A stretch of 64,000 nt of DNA, taken from the IMG/VR virus record IMGVR_UViG_3300023179_000075; one strand, given 5' to 3'. The position numbers were made by a program, and so were the translations under genes. Below the pieces are notes generated by a model. It did no database searches and was not told the DNA's origin. It saw only the letters and a list, made by a program, of their open reading frames with translations. Below, piece by piece: positions 9,464 through 19,698 of the stretch. Source of the DNA: an uncultured virus (IMG/VR IMGVR_UViG_3300023179_000075). Taxonomy: Duplodnaviria; Heunggongvirae; Uroviricota; Caudoviricetes. Position 1 is the stretch's first letter. Each line of letters starts with the position of its first letter.

Positions 9464-9837
9464 TTTAAAAAGCGTAATTTATAAAGTGTAGAAGTAATTA
9501 AAGCAACAACTTCGTCAATTTGATTTTGAATATATGTGTCTTGTGGGAGCATTTGTCTACTTTTTTCAACATATGTATAAAGTACTTCAAAGTATGCAAT
9601 TACACCTTCACAGTTTTGAAATTCTTGTAAAGCTATATTACCATATCCTTTAATAATACCGTATTTTCCTTGGTATGATTCTACAATGCCATCAGTAATA
9701 CCTACTATTTCATCATAATATACATTCAATGCTGAATGTTCAGCAAATGAATCTGTTTGAAGGTGAAATACATGGGCTTGTGTACGTGATGCAAACAGAG
9801 TTGATATGAATTGCCCTATGATTGAATTACTTTCCAT
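9460..9837 (-). CDS. Ferritin/Dps-like four-helix protein (DUF5856-like)
   Basis: HVFHLQT..FAEH..L..YY...D...E..QGKYG; ends LYKLRFLK. Confidence 0.7.
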   Translation of the reverse strand: MESNSIIGQFISTLFASRTQAHVFHLQTDSFAEHSALNVYYDEIVGITDGIVESYQGKYGIIKGYGNIALQEFQNCEGVIAYFEVLYTYVEKSRQMLPQDTYIQNQIDEVVALITSTLYKLRFLK

Positions 9838-9871
9838 TTTTATTTTATAATTTTATCATTGTATTATTTTT

Positions 9872-10888
9872 TTAATCACCGTGATATCCTGTGGAACTGT
9901 AACCTGGATCCCAAGGACCACTTTTAAATTCTGGTTGTGCACTAACAGCACCTAAATATTCCTTTCCAAAGTTTTTATATGGCCAATATGGTCTCCAACT
10001 ACCGTAACTGCGGTTTCCCCAAGAGTAATCTATTCCACCTCTTTCATCTTCTTTTCTAGTTCCTTCTGTTGAAGTCATTTTTGGAAATCTTGCTTTCATG
10101 GTATTTTCCCATTCTTCAAAATTATTAGTATAATCAAAATCTCCACCCTTTGCTAATTCTTCTTTTAGTTTAGCTTTTTTTTTAACTACTTTTTTAAGTA
10201 TAGCGCCTGCTACTTTCTTACCAGCTTCTTCTGAACCATATTGTTTAGCAGCAGATTTAGCAATTTTTTCAAATCCTTTACCTGGTTTGCCTATGTCAGT
10301 ACCTTTTTTAAAGCGAGCTTCTTCCATATTTCCAATACCCATTCCAAAATCCTCACCTTGTTTTATTTTACCTGCTTTTCCAGCAGCTTCAATTTTATCA
10401 AAATCTGGTTGTGTAGATACTCTCTGTCCTTTTTTAAAGTCTTTACCATCTAATGTAAAATCCTTTTTAATGACTATAACCTGTCCTTCTTCAAGATCAG
10501 CTTTTTCTTTTTTTTCATCTACCATTTTCTCTTGACCTGGAGCTGGAGTCATACCGATCATTTCTTTGATCTTATTCTTTTGAGTTTCAATTTTGCCTTT
10601 AAGTTCTTCGATTTTAGCGTCGATGCTTGCTTCTAATGCAACACCACCAGCTTTAATTTTATCTAATTCTTTAGCGAATTTAGATAAGTTAGCAAATTCA
10701 ACTTCAGTTTCAGCTGTTTTTTCAGCGAATTTAGCAGCTTGAATTTCTTCTTTCATTTGCTCTAAGGCAGCTAATTCTTTTTTAAGATCCATTAATTTAC
10801 CAGAACTTTTTGGTAATTTAGCGGCTTTTTCTGCTTTAGCTTCTGTTATAAGTGTGCGTACAAATAGACGCATTGCTGATTGATTCAT
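9872..10888 (-). CDS. Lys/Glu-rich coiled-coil protein, putative head/internal protein
   Basis: Modules separated by ITE, LEE, MEE and LKE. Confidence 0.6.
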   Translation of the reverse strand: MNQSAMRLFVRTLITEAKAEKAAKLPKSSGKLMDLKKELAALEQMKEEIQAAKFAEKTAETEVEFANLSKFAKELDKIKAGGVALEASIDAKIEELKGKIETQKNKIKEMIGMTPAPGQEKMVDEKKEKADLEEGQVIVIKKDFTLDGKDFKKGQRVSTQPDFDKIEAAGKAGKIKQGEDFGMGIGNMEEARFKKGTDIGKPGKGFEKIAKSAAKQYGSEEAGKKVAGAILKKVVKKKAKLKEELAKGGDFDYTNNFEEWENTMKARFPKMTSTEGTRKEDERGGIDYSWGNRSYGSWRPYWPYKNFGKEYLGAVSAQPEFKSGPWDPGYSSTGYHGD

Positions 10889-10917
10889 GTTTATAGTTTG
10901 TTTTATATGTATAAATA

Positions 10918-13518
10918 TTAAATATTTTTGGTTTCATTAATGTGCTGTTGTATCATACTACGTACCTCATCTAAATGACGTGGATGTTGAGTTACATATT
11001 CACGTACAATATACGAACGGACTTCTGCCAAATTGCGATTTTGCAATGCTGACATTAATTCGGATGGTGAATTTATTGGGATCATTGTATTTCCATTAGC
11101 ATTACCTAATAATATATAGTTTCTATTTCCTGGTTGTACATTGATAGATGCTATTATTTGTTGGTTAGCTAATCTAATTATATATATTTTACTATCTCCT
11201 ACAGCTATTACTCTACCTACACGACCTGCCGCTCCTAATTGATTATTACGGCGAGCCGCACCTCTATCACCATTTGGATCAACACGTACACCATTAGTAA
11301 CATTTAATCTTCTAAGATCAGCTCTTGGTAAACGTAAAAATGCTACATCCAATCCTATTTCATCCATTGTATTAGCAATATTGATATCACCAGCTGCTGC
11401 CGGTTGAGCTACACGTGGTGTATTAGGTTGACCTGCTGGTCTACCTCTTCTGCCAGTTGCTGTAGTAGCTTGTGTTGCAGGTAATGCTCCGCCTAATATA
11501 ATTGAAGCGGTATATGATGTTAAATTAGCTTTTACTAGTTTGCCTGTATCGGATAGTTTAAGGCTTTCTCTAGGATTTGTTCTATTGACTAGATATGCAT
11601 TTTCATTATATATTTTAGGGACATATCTACTAGTTGAAGATATTGGTGGTTCAAGACGTACAACTTCTTTTTTAATATTGAAAGATATGCCTGATTTTAA
11701 TATAAGTAATAATGTTTCTTCAGTAAGAGATTTACCTTCACTTCTTAAATAATCAAAATATGATTGAAAGTAAGGTACTGTTGGAGAAGCATAGACATTA
11801 AATATTCTCCAATCACCATTTCTTCCAAAGGCCTCTATAGGTTTATATGAATAACGGTCGGGGTTATTTGGAGTTTCAGAAGCCCAAAAGAAATTATTAT
11901 CACCTTCGCTTGATGTTAATAGTACTGCGGCTCCTCCACCAATATATTTCATTCTGCCACTATATGGGGTTGCATTTACAATAGATAGTAATGCATCTTT
12001 ATCTACAGAAGTAGGTATATCTTTAGGTTCTGATAGTAAATTTATTGCGCTTTCTTGAAAGCCTTTATTATCTTCCATTCCAGCAAATACTTTCTGTACT
12101 TCTTCACTATCAAATGGTATTTGTGTTATTTTATCTCCTTCTATTTTATATGAAGCGAATGAATTTGAATCTAATAAAATATCAACACCGTCTACATTCT
12201 TAACTACCATAGCAGAATCAGAATCGGTTTTAGCGTTTTTAATAACATTATTAATAACTTCTTTATCAATAATTTCGTCTGATACTAGTTTTACTAGACT
12301 TTTAAAAGGTATTTTATCTAATTCAGTATAATCAAGTAAGAATCTTGATGTACGCTTGTTTAATTTAACGTTAGGGAAATCATCATCAGCTTGATATAAA
12401 CTAATTTTAATATCATCTCCTAATGTTAATTTAACAATAGTGGAACCATCTTTAGTAACATATAATCTTTCATCATTATTAAGATCCCATTTATTAAATT
12501 TAACTAATAGTTTTTTAACATCAAATGGAATAGTGTCTGCACTTAGATATTTTAAATTAATTGTATCTCTCATATTTGCTATGATCGATTTAACATCTTG
12601 ATTTGAAAACTTATCTAAATATGATACTAATGTTTTACTGCTTATAATACCAGCATTAGTAGAAATAAATGTAGCAACTTGAGGGTATTTCGGTAAATAT
12701 TTTTCTACAAATTCATCATTAGTGATATCTTTAAATAAGTCTTTACCTTTTCTAACAACTAAATATTGTTCTTTTACAGTATATGGAAAATTAGACCATT
12801 CTCTAATTGTTACTGGGTTGGTTTTATATGTTTGGTTTATTTTTTCACTAGACGATAATGGAATATATTTAAATATGTTACGTAATCCTCTAATTGAAGG
12901 GAAATTTTGTTCAACAAAGCTAAATGGTTCCCATTTATCCCATTCGGTACCTCTACCACCAACGTCGTTATTTGATCTGTCTGATGCTTTATAAGTATCA
13001 TCCTTACCAACAACAACAACGAAGAAACTCTTACGATCGCTATCAGGTAAATTTGTATCTTTAACTAAATAAAATGTTGGATTCTTTCTATTGTCATCGT
13101 AACGATAGTTACCAAATGATCCTCGGGTAATACACCACTTTTCACCAGCACCAAAAGTTAAACAGTTATTTTCTTTAGAACCATTATATATAATTAAACC
13201 ATTTTCATTGTAAACAATATCTGGTGTGGTATCAATAGCGTCTTCTGGTTCTGCTACACCTTTAGATGATGTAACTAATTTGATTAATTTAGATAAAGAG
13301 TATTTACGTAAATCTTTTTCAGTTACTTTAGGTGAGTTTTTTAAAGAATCAAAACGTTCAATATATGCTTTTAATTGAGCATCCGTAATTTGAATATTTA
13401 AATCGTCAGCTTCATCTTTAAATTGAGCCATTAAACGATTTATTTCGCCCTCAGAATATTCATTCAAAGGGAATAAATTGTGTGTTACGTGGATTATAAA
13501 TTTATCTATTGCTCTCAT
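10918..13518 (-). CDS. Large hypothetical protein (866 aa); N-terminal G..WCI domain, internal GRRGRP
   Basis: CLTFGAGEKWCIT...TFYLV segment resembles PcfJ-like domains of large phages (tentative). Confidence 0.55.
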   Translation of the reverse strand: MRAIDKFIIHVTHNLFPLNEYSEGEINRLMAQFKDEADDLNIQITDAQLKAYIERFDSLKNSPKVTEKDLRKYSLSKLIKLVTSSKGVAEPEDAIDTTPDIVYNENGLIIYNGSKENNCLTFGAGEKWCITRGSFGNYRYDDNRKNPTFYLVKDTNLPDSDRKSFFVVVVGKDDTYKASDRSNNDVGGRGTEWDKWEPFSFVEQNFPSIRGLRNIFKYIPLSSSEKINQTYKTNPVTIREWSNFPYTVKEQYLVVRKGKDLFKDITNDEFVEKYLPKYPQVATFISTNAGIISSKTLVSYLDKFSNQDVKSIIANMRDTINLKYLSADTIPFDVKKLLVKFNKWDLNNDERLYVTKDGSTIVKLTLGDDIKISLYQADDDFPNVKLNKRTSRFLLDYTELDKIPFKSLVKLVSDEIIDKEVINNVIKNAKTDSDSAMVVKNVDGVDILLDSNSFASYKIEGDKITQIPFDSEEVQKVFAGMEDNKGFQESAINLLSEPKDIPTSVDKDALLSIVNATPYSGRMKYIGGGAAVLLTSSEGDNNFFWASETPNNPDRYSYKPIEAFGRNGDWRIFNVYASPTVPYFQSYFDYLRSEGKSLTEETLLLILKSGISFNIKKEVVRLEPPISSTSRYVPKIYNENAYLVNRTNPRESLKLSDTGKLVKANLTSYTASIILGGALPATQATTATGRRGRPAGQPNTPRVAQPAAAGDINIANTMDEIGLDVAFLRLPRADLRRLNVTNGVRVDPNGDRGAARRNNQLGAAGRVGRVIAVGDSKIYIIRLANQQIIASINVQPGNRNYILLGNANGNTMIPINSPSELMSALQNRNLAEVRSYIVREYVTQHPRHLDEVRSMIQQHINETKNI

Positions 13519-13527
13519 AATTATATT

Positions 13528-14058
13528 TTACCATTTGCGACATGACCAATAATTTGCTTTAGTGCGTGGACCTGGATTGTCACAATGGTGTCTTGCTCTA
13601 TATGCTTTGCGGCGTGTAGGATTATTCTTTTTAATATTCATCCCATGAGCGCCAAAATTTACTTTAACAACTCTTCCTGATTTAGGGTCTTTAACATATA
13701 CCTTAAACTTTTTAATATCGCCTTGCATTGGTTTGCCTAATTGTACTGAGTGGCCATGGTATTCGGCTTCATAAACACAACTGCAATTAGCTTCTGCTAA
13801 TCTTTTATTGTGTTCTTTTATAAATTGAAGGAATTCTACTACGTCTTGTTTATTTTCAACGTCATATTCATCTAAATCGTCATTGTAGTGATAGCTATTA
13901 TCAAATCCACATTTGTGGCACATATATTTATCTCTTCCACCGTCTTCTGATTTCCATCTCCAACCACATTTTTCACATTCAATAGTTTTATCTTCGCCTA
14001 TGAAAAATGCTTCACTTAATATGTTGCGAATAAATTGTTTTAATTCTGTAGGTTTCAT
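13528..14058 (-). CDS. Conserved phage protein with Zn ribbon and basic C-terminal domain
   Basis: CEKC..CHKC ribbon; KKFKVYVK..VKVNFG..RARH.C..YWSCRKW. Start MKPTELK preferred. Confidence 0.65.
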   Translation of the reverse strand: MKPTELKQFIRNILSEAFFIGEDKTIECEKCGWRWKSEDGGRDKYMCHKCGFDNSYHYNDDLDEYDVENKQDVVEFLQFIKEHNKRLAEANCSCVYEAEYHGHSVQLGKPMQGDIKKFKVYVKDPKSGRVVKVNFGAHGMNIKKNNPTRRKAYRARHHCDNPGPRTKANYWSCRKW

Positions 14059-14062
14059 ATTT

Positions 14063-14467
14063 TTATTTATTATGTACTTTTGCTTTTTTAGTGTTAGGTA
14101 CAAACTGTTTATCAGATGCTACTTTTTTCTTTGCTGTAGCAGCGCGTTCAGCTTTAGTTAAACTATTTGCTTTAGCACGAGGTAAACAACGAGTTGTTTT
14201 ATGTCCTTTTTTCATTGTACCACAAGGACCAGTTATATTGCCTGCTGTATCAATACGAACCCAATCTTCTGTTTTAAACCAATCATGTAATGATTCATCT
14301 AAATCGTCTTCTTCCATTAATCCTTTACACACTTTAACAGCACGACCAGAAAGATAAGCTGATGGTTTTTCACCAGCAGCTCTACGGCGGTTATAATAAG
14401 CTTTACCTTTAGGGCATAGCTTCTTCTCAGCTAAGATGTCTTGTAATATTTCTGTTAATTTAACCAT
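14063..14467 (-). CDS. Basic conserved phage protein (DUF5872-like)
   Basis: PSAYLSG..VK.CKG; LHDWF..EDWVRI; RCLP..KA. Confidence 0.6.
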   Translation of the reverse strand: MVKLTEILQDILAEKKLCPKGKAYYNRRRAAGEKPSAYLSGRAVKVCKGLMEEDDLDESLHDWFKTEDWVRIDTAGNITGPCGTMKKGHKTTRCLPRAKANSLTKAERAATAKKKVASDKQFVPNTKKAKVHNK

Positions 14468-14698
14468 TTATTTATTTTTAGGAACCCACCAAATACAAAC
14501 ATACTTAGTTGGTTCAGTTGGTATTTTTCCGTCTCCGTTCCAATTAATATAATATTGACCTTCACACAATTGTGTTTCAGAATTCCATTTAGCACAATTA
14601 GCACACATTGCCCCACCTTCCGGTACTTTTTTAGCCGGTTTGAATCCATCTGGGAATTCTAGTGGTTTTGGTTCTACTATTTCGGATAATTTAATCAT
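14468..14698 (-). CDS. Small four-Cys protein, HiPIP-like spacing
   Basis: MIKLSEIVE leader; CANC..W...C...YVCIWW. Confidence 0.45.
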   Translation of the reverse strand: MIKLSEIVEPKPLEFPDGFKPAKKVPEGGAMCANCAKWNSETQLCEGQYYINWNGDGKIPTEPTKYVCIWWVPKNK

Positions 14699-14699
14699 G

Positions 14700-14993
14700 T
14701 TATATTCTTTGTCCTTGGTAAGCATTAATATCTGAATCATCACCAGCGTATGAGTTACTTATACCTGAGTTAACAAATGTAGGTGTACCCGCTTTAGCGT
14801 ATGTTGCTTCATGTTTATCACTCGCTGCATCTGCATGTCCTATTATAGCAGAGACTTGAGAAGCAATAACTTCAGGGTCATTGCTAGATAATGCTGTTTC
14901 AGCACATTTTATAATGGCGTTAAAATGATCACGCCAGTGTGTATAGCTAGATGTATCTACATCTTCGTTAAGTAAATCTATTAGCTTAATCAT
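14700..14993 (-). CDS. Hypothetical protein with MIKLIDLLNE leader
   Basis: 97 aa ORF. Confidence 0.6.
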   Translation of the reverse strand: MIKLIDLLNEDVDTSSYTHWRDHFNAIIKCAETALSSNDPEVIASQVSAIIGHADAASDKHEATYAKAGTPTFVNSGISNSYAGDDSDINAYQGQRI

Positions 14994-15277
14994 TTAGCTA
15001 ATTTTTTATTTTCAGTAGTTAAAAACTCCACTTTAATGCGTAGTTCAGCTACTTCAGAAGTTAGTTTTAAGACTAAACTACGTAAGTCATCTTTTTCTTT
15101 TCCAGCGGCTTCTAGTAATGCTTCTAACTTAGATATACGATCTTTACAATCGTTACGAATAAAATCGTCATCTCTTTCTCTATGCATGGCTCTTTTTTCA
15201 TAATAACGAAAAGCTTGTGTACCACCTAAAACCGTTATTGCCGTGATCAATACTGACCATATACTGTTGTTATCCAT
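14990..15277 (-). CDS. Single-TM coiled-coil protein
   Basis: WSVLITAITVLGG hydrophobic segment followed by heptad repeats. Confidence 0.6.
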   Translation of the reverse strand: MDNNSIWSVLITAITVLGGTQAFRYYEKRAMHRERDDDFIRNDCKDRISKLEALLEAAGKEKDDLRSLVLKLTSEVAELRIKVEFLTTENKKLAK

Positions 15278-15319
15278 GTTAGGTTAAAGAAAATATTAGT
15301 GAATTATTGCTAATAAATA

Positions 15320-15904
15320 TTATACTTTTATAGCATCCTTGAGCTTCTGTATGTATTCTTGTATTTCCTGTGTAGTTCTATTCATATCTATACCTTTACC
15401 TTTCCAGGTTTCAATATCACCCGCTTCTGTAACGAAAGATTCATCATGTTGGTCTATTAATAATTCTAACAATACACCTTCCATTTCCTTAATGTGAACT
15501 GCTACACCTTGATTAATTATATCACGTTCATATTGTTCGTATTCACCTGTAAATTTTAGTTTAGTTTCGTGTTTAATAACACAATCAAAACATATCTGAT
15601 GGATAGAATACATTAAGCGATTCAAACGGATATCTTGCATTGGTGCTTTACATTTAGGACAGCATAATGGCATTACCACTAATCGTTTAAGTTCGTCAAA
15701 GCGAGTAACGGTTTGTTTTAAACCATTTTTAATGGTCCATACTTTACCACTATTTTCCCAAACGTCACCTTCTTGATAGTCGGATTGTATTTTAGTATAC
15801 CCTATTTGAGTAGAGGTTTTGGCGCCATAGTCTTTAGTGATTATGTTGCGCATTCTTTGCACATCGCGCCCCTTAAAGTCCTTTATAAGCTTAGATTCAG
15901 CCAT
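15320..15904 (-). CDS. Hypothetical protein with CPKC/CFDC Zn-binding pair
   Basis: 194 aa ORF. Confidence 0.65.
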   Translation of the reverse strand: MAESKLIKDFKGRDVQRMRNIITKDYGAKTSTQIGYTKIQSDYQEGDVWENSGKVWTIKNGLKQTVTRFDELKRLVVMPLCCPKCKAPMQDIRLNRLMYSIHQICFDCVIKHETKLKFTGEYEQYERDIINQGVAVHIKEMEGVLLELLIDQHDESFVTEAGDIETWKGKGIDMNRTTQEIQEYIQKLKDAIKV

Positions 15905-15906
15905 AA

Positions 15907-18663
15907 CTATTTTTTATTTTCGTAGATATTTTCGTTGTTTTTACCGAATTTCCTTAATAATATACCGGCTTGGGCATTTGCTTCATTCTCAATTTCTGAG
16001 CCTGTATCGCCACTATTATAATCAATACGTCCATCTTCATCTTGTTTACGATGAACTAATTCGTGTGCTAATGTACGTAATACATCAGCCATATTTCTAT
16101 TTTTAACATATAACCATATTTTACCATCATTTGGATCAAATGTGCCAAATGTATGGTGAGATTTAGCAGTATTGGTATTGTATGATAATGTTAATCCCTT
16201 TGGCATTTTTGTTATTCCTAGTTCCTTAACAGCAAATTTAATAAATTCTTTTATTATGTTTGAATTTATTTTTTTATCTAAACCTTCGTTTATATTATCT
16301 TGTTGTTTTGATATTATTATATAAGGTTGATCTATTTCATCTTTTACTTGAATATTAAAATCGTTTTTAGATAATTTATTGTTTATTAATGCTCTAAATA
16401 ATCTATATCTAGTATATCCAGCCGGTTGAATTAATATTTTGTTATGATTTGGTAATACTTCATTTAAGAATATTTTAAATACAGTATTCATAACTTTAGG
16501 GTTATAATGTTTTACATTATTGAATCCTAACATTTTACCATTTTCATCTACATTATAAAATTTAAATTCAGTTAAATCGCCTTGTTGTTTTGTTTTTGCA
16601 ATAACTTTAAAATTATCTATATCATCATGAAAAATAAAAAAATTATTATTTCTAGAATAATCATAAACATTATCTAAATTTATTTGATATTCGGAAATCA
16701 TTCCATAATGTGCTATATCAGATTTAATATCTTCTTGTATTTTTTTTGAATAAAAATTTTCCTTTACTACTACAGGATATTCAACTGGTACATTAGTTTT
16801 TAAATTTAGTGTGCCTTGTATTACTGAAGGAATTGAGCCTAAAGCTCTATATAACGATAATACTACTTCTCCACCAACTAAATAATATTTGTCTTGAGCG
16901 TAGCATAATACAAGTGGTAATGGCATTTCCTTACCCGCTTTAATAAAATCAATGTATGGTTTAGGATTAATACCTAATTTTAAAGAGTGTTGAATAGCGT
17001 CATCTAATGTTTTCATTTTATATGACTTACTATTTTCTAATTTAGACCATATATCATCATTTAATACTACTTCTCTACCAGCATCAAATGCATACTCCAT
17101 ATCACTAATAGGTAAATTAAAGAAATACGAGGCTTTCTCTATTTTATTTCTATTTTGTAATATATAATCTTGATAGTCGTCTTGTTCAAACTCAAGTGGA
17201 GGTGATTCTTGTAGTGGTGCTTCAGGGGATGGAGCAGTAGGAACGGGTTCAGATGGTGTTTCTGGGGTAGGAGCGGGTTCCGCTGGTTTACCTAGAGCTG
17301 CCATAAATTCTTCTACAGTAATGCCTTCAGGTAAATATCCTTGAATTTCTTCATCATTGTTATCTTTTAATAACGCCATTCTTAATCCAGTAGCATTTAC
17401 ACCTTCTATTTCACCTGCATCAAATATAGTTACGTTTGGATATTCATTCATTGTTTTATACCTATCTATTTCTCCTTTACCAAATGCCACTAAAAAATTA
17501 GTACTAGGATTTTCTTTAACAACATCATACGTTTCTTTAATAGGTGTAATTTCTGATATTTTTATTTCAACTGAGCCATCTAATTTAGTCTTATATAAAT
17601 TCCATATAGCAACACTTTCATCGGCTGTAATACCTTCACGTGTTTTAGGTGATATTAATATTACTACTTCATCTGCTCGTTGTAATAATTGTTTTACTAC
17701 ATCGAAATGACCTTTATGAGGTGGTTTAAACGCTCCGGGAAATAGAGCAATTGTTGTTTGATCTGCTTCAAGTAGTGTAGAAGCTAAATATTTTCCTAAA
17801 TTAGTTTCAGCTAATGTAGAATTTACTTTATCTAATGCTTTTTGTTTGTTGTCGCCTTTAGGCGTGCCAACTTCACCGCTTTTAATAGATACCATAGAGT
17901 TAAATATTCCTTTTATACGGTTTTTAGAGCGTAGATTTTGTAATTTAGATGATAAATCATTTAATAAATCTTCCCAGCTACCGTCTATATTGTAATTTGT
18001 AAATAGTTTTTTAATACTAGACCAATTGCTAGTTTTCCATACGTCTGTTTTGTCTGTTTCTTTAAAATTATCTAGTGTTACTATACGTAATGTTAAACCG
18101 GCACTTGATAAATTAAATTCATACTCTTGATTGGGCTCAAGTGCCGGAATATTTTTAATCCCCATGCGAGCAAATATACTCTTAGGATCTTCCTCTAAAC
18201 ATATGGTTTTAGCTAATCCTAGCATTAAACCTTGTATCTCAGCAGGATAGTCTAAAAATTCTTTTTTAAATTCAGCTTCTTCATTACTAATAGAAATAAT
18301 ATTATCTATTTGAACGTATTCGTCAGGTTGTCCTACTATAGGATATAATATTGTAATTATTTCGCCTGTGTTAAGATATTTTTTACCTTTATATTTATCG
18401 CTTTTAAAAGGAACAATAACATCATCTGGTAGTGATGATATATATTTTGCTAATTCTGCTTTAATGTTTTTCTTATCGGTTGCGGTTAAATTAACTACTA
18501 AATCAATATCGCCAAAATCATTTTTAGTACCAGTATTATATGAACCGGATGGCTTTGCACCTTTAAATCCAGGAAATTTACTCAATACTTTATTAATGTA
18601 TTCTTCAACTGTCTTAGCAACAGATGGCCTAATTATTCTATTTCCTCCTGCTGACCCAGACAT
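15907..18663 (-). CDS. Multidomain protein: Pol-beta-like nucleotidyltransferase + HxGH nucleotidyltransferase + HExxH metallopeptidase-like domain
   Basis: SGSYN..DFGDIDLVV..VQID; ALFPGAFKPPHKGH..NATGLR; RTLAHELVHRKQ..ENEANA. Confidence 0.7.
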   Translation of the reverse strand: MSGSAGGNRIIRPSVAKTVEEYINKVLSKFPGFKGAKPSGSYNTGTKNDFGDIDLVVNLTATDKKNIKAELAKYISSLPDDVIVPFKSDKYKGKKYLNTGEIITILYPIVGQPDEYVQIDNIISISNEEAEFKKEFLDYPAEIQGLMLGLAKTICLEEDPKSIFARMGIKNIPALEPNQEYEFNLSSAGLTLRIVTLDNFKETDKTDVWKTSNWSSIKKLFTNYNIDGSWEDLLNDLSSKLQNLRSKNRIKGIFNSMVSIKSGEVGTPKGDNKQKALDKVNSTLAETNLGKYLASTLLEADQTTIALFPGAFKPPHKGHFDVVKQLLQRADEVVILISPKTREGITADESVAIWNLYKTKLDGSVEIKISEITPIKETYDVVKENPSTNFLVAFGKGEIDRYKTMNEYPNVTIFDAGEIEGVNATGLRMALLKDNNDEEIQGYLPEGITVEEFMAALGKPAEPAPTPETPSEPVPTAPSPEAPLQESPPLEFEQDDYQDYILQNRNKIEKASYFFNLPISDMEYAFDAGREVVLNDDIWSKLENSKSYKMKTLDDAIQHSLKLGINPKPYIDFIKAGKEMPLPLVLCYAQDKYYLVGGEVVLSLYRALGSIPSVIQGTLNLKTNVPVEYPVVVKENFYSKKIQEDIKSDIAHYGMISEYQINLDNVYDYSRNNNFFIFHDDIDNFKVIAKTKQQGDLTEFKFYNVDENGKMLGFNNVKHYNPKVMNTVFKIFLNEVLPNHNKILIQPAGYTRYRLFRALINNKLSKNDFNIQVKDEIDQPYIIISKQQDNINEGLDKKINSNIIKEFIKFAVKELGITKMPKGLTLSYNTNTAKSHHTFGTFDPNDGKIWLYVKNRNMADVLRTLAHELVHRKQDEDGRIDYNSGDTGSEIENEANAQAGILLRKFGKNNENIYENKK

Positions 18664-19637
18664 TATGCTTTTTCTTTTTGGTGAGGTATTAAATTAGATA
18701 CGTCAGGTAAAAATTTACCTTTTAATCCTAATCTTTCTTGATTATCAATCCAATATTGTTGTAAATTTTCAGGTATATCAGTTCTAGTTGAGTCTAATAT
18801 TTTAAGATATCTATCTATAATAGAATTATATTCTTCTTTAGATAGATTTTTCTTCATATAATCTTCTAATTTAAAATAATCATCTAGAATATCTTGAGTT
18901 AAATGAAAATCATATAACGTATTTAATAATTTAATTGCTTCTTGTGGTGTTTTTGCTTCTTGTGCGCCTGTCTCTTTATCTGTAACACCTGTTGAATGGC
19001 CGAATGTTCTACCTTTATTTGAAAATAAAGCTAACATAAGTTGAGTACGATGTAATCCCTTAACATTGCCTGAGTAGGTATTAGAATAGTAACTAAAGCG
19101 CAACCATTCCGGATTACCTATATTGATATCGGTTTGAACTGCTTTGCCTATTTTTTTATTACCGGCTCCGTATTGTGGTATAGCGCAGAATATAGATCCA
19201 GAACCTGATGCTTTGGTGTCTATTTCAACATCGGCTAAAGCGTCATTAATTCTATCTCCAATTAGTACAATCATAGCTCTCAACTGAATTTTCTCAGGTG
19301 ATGCTGTTCTAGAACTCTTAGTAAATTTTGCTACTAAATCATTGTATTTTGCTTCATCCACACCCCAACCTTTAAAATCTGGTGTTTTACCATCAGGAAA
19401 TAAATTTTTAATGTTGTATGATAAATCAATATCACCCGATACATCTTTTTTACCAGCTGAACCTAATTTATCCATTGATTGGAATGTTGAGGCTTTAGCA
19501 GGAAATACACGTGATAGATCAGAAATAAATTTATCTATGGTTGGTTGGATATTTGCTTTATCAATTGAATCGGTAGTTCCAAATACATTACCACCTTCGG
19601 TTAATATGCGTTTAACTATGTCTAGTAATCTAATCAT
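18663..19637 (-). CDS. Pol-beta superfamily nucleotidyltransferase
   Basis: LGSAGKK..SGDIDLS and VQTD third carboxylate; ILTE then GGNVF leader. Confidence 0.7.
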   Translation of the reverse strand: MIRLLDIVKRILTEGGNVFGTTDSIDKANIQPTIDKFISDLSRVFPAKASTFQSMDKLGSAGKKDVSGDIDLSYNIKNLFPDGKTPDFKGWGVDEAKYNDLVAKFTKSSRTASPEKIQLRAMIVLIGDRINDALADVEIDTKASGSGSIFCAIPQYGAGNKKIGKAVQTDINIGNPEWLRFSYYSNTYSGNVKGLHRTQLMLALFSNKGRTFGHSTGVTDKETGAQEAKTPQEAIKLLNTLYDFHLTQDILDDYFKLEDYMKKNLSKEEYNSIIDRYLKILDSTRTDIPENLQQYWIDNQERLGLKGKFLPDVSNLIPHQKEKA

Positions 19638-19661
19638 TAGTATAATAAATATAATATAAAA

Positions 19662-19688
19662 AGGTGGCTCAACTTAGTCAAGCCACCT
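19662..19688 (-). terminator. Intrinsic terminator
   Basis: AGGUGGCU...AGCCACCU followed by UUUUA. Confidence 0.7.
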
Positions 19689-19698
19689 ATAAATATTA

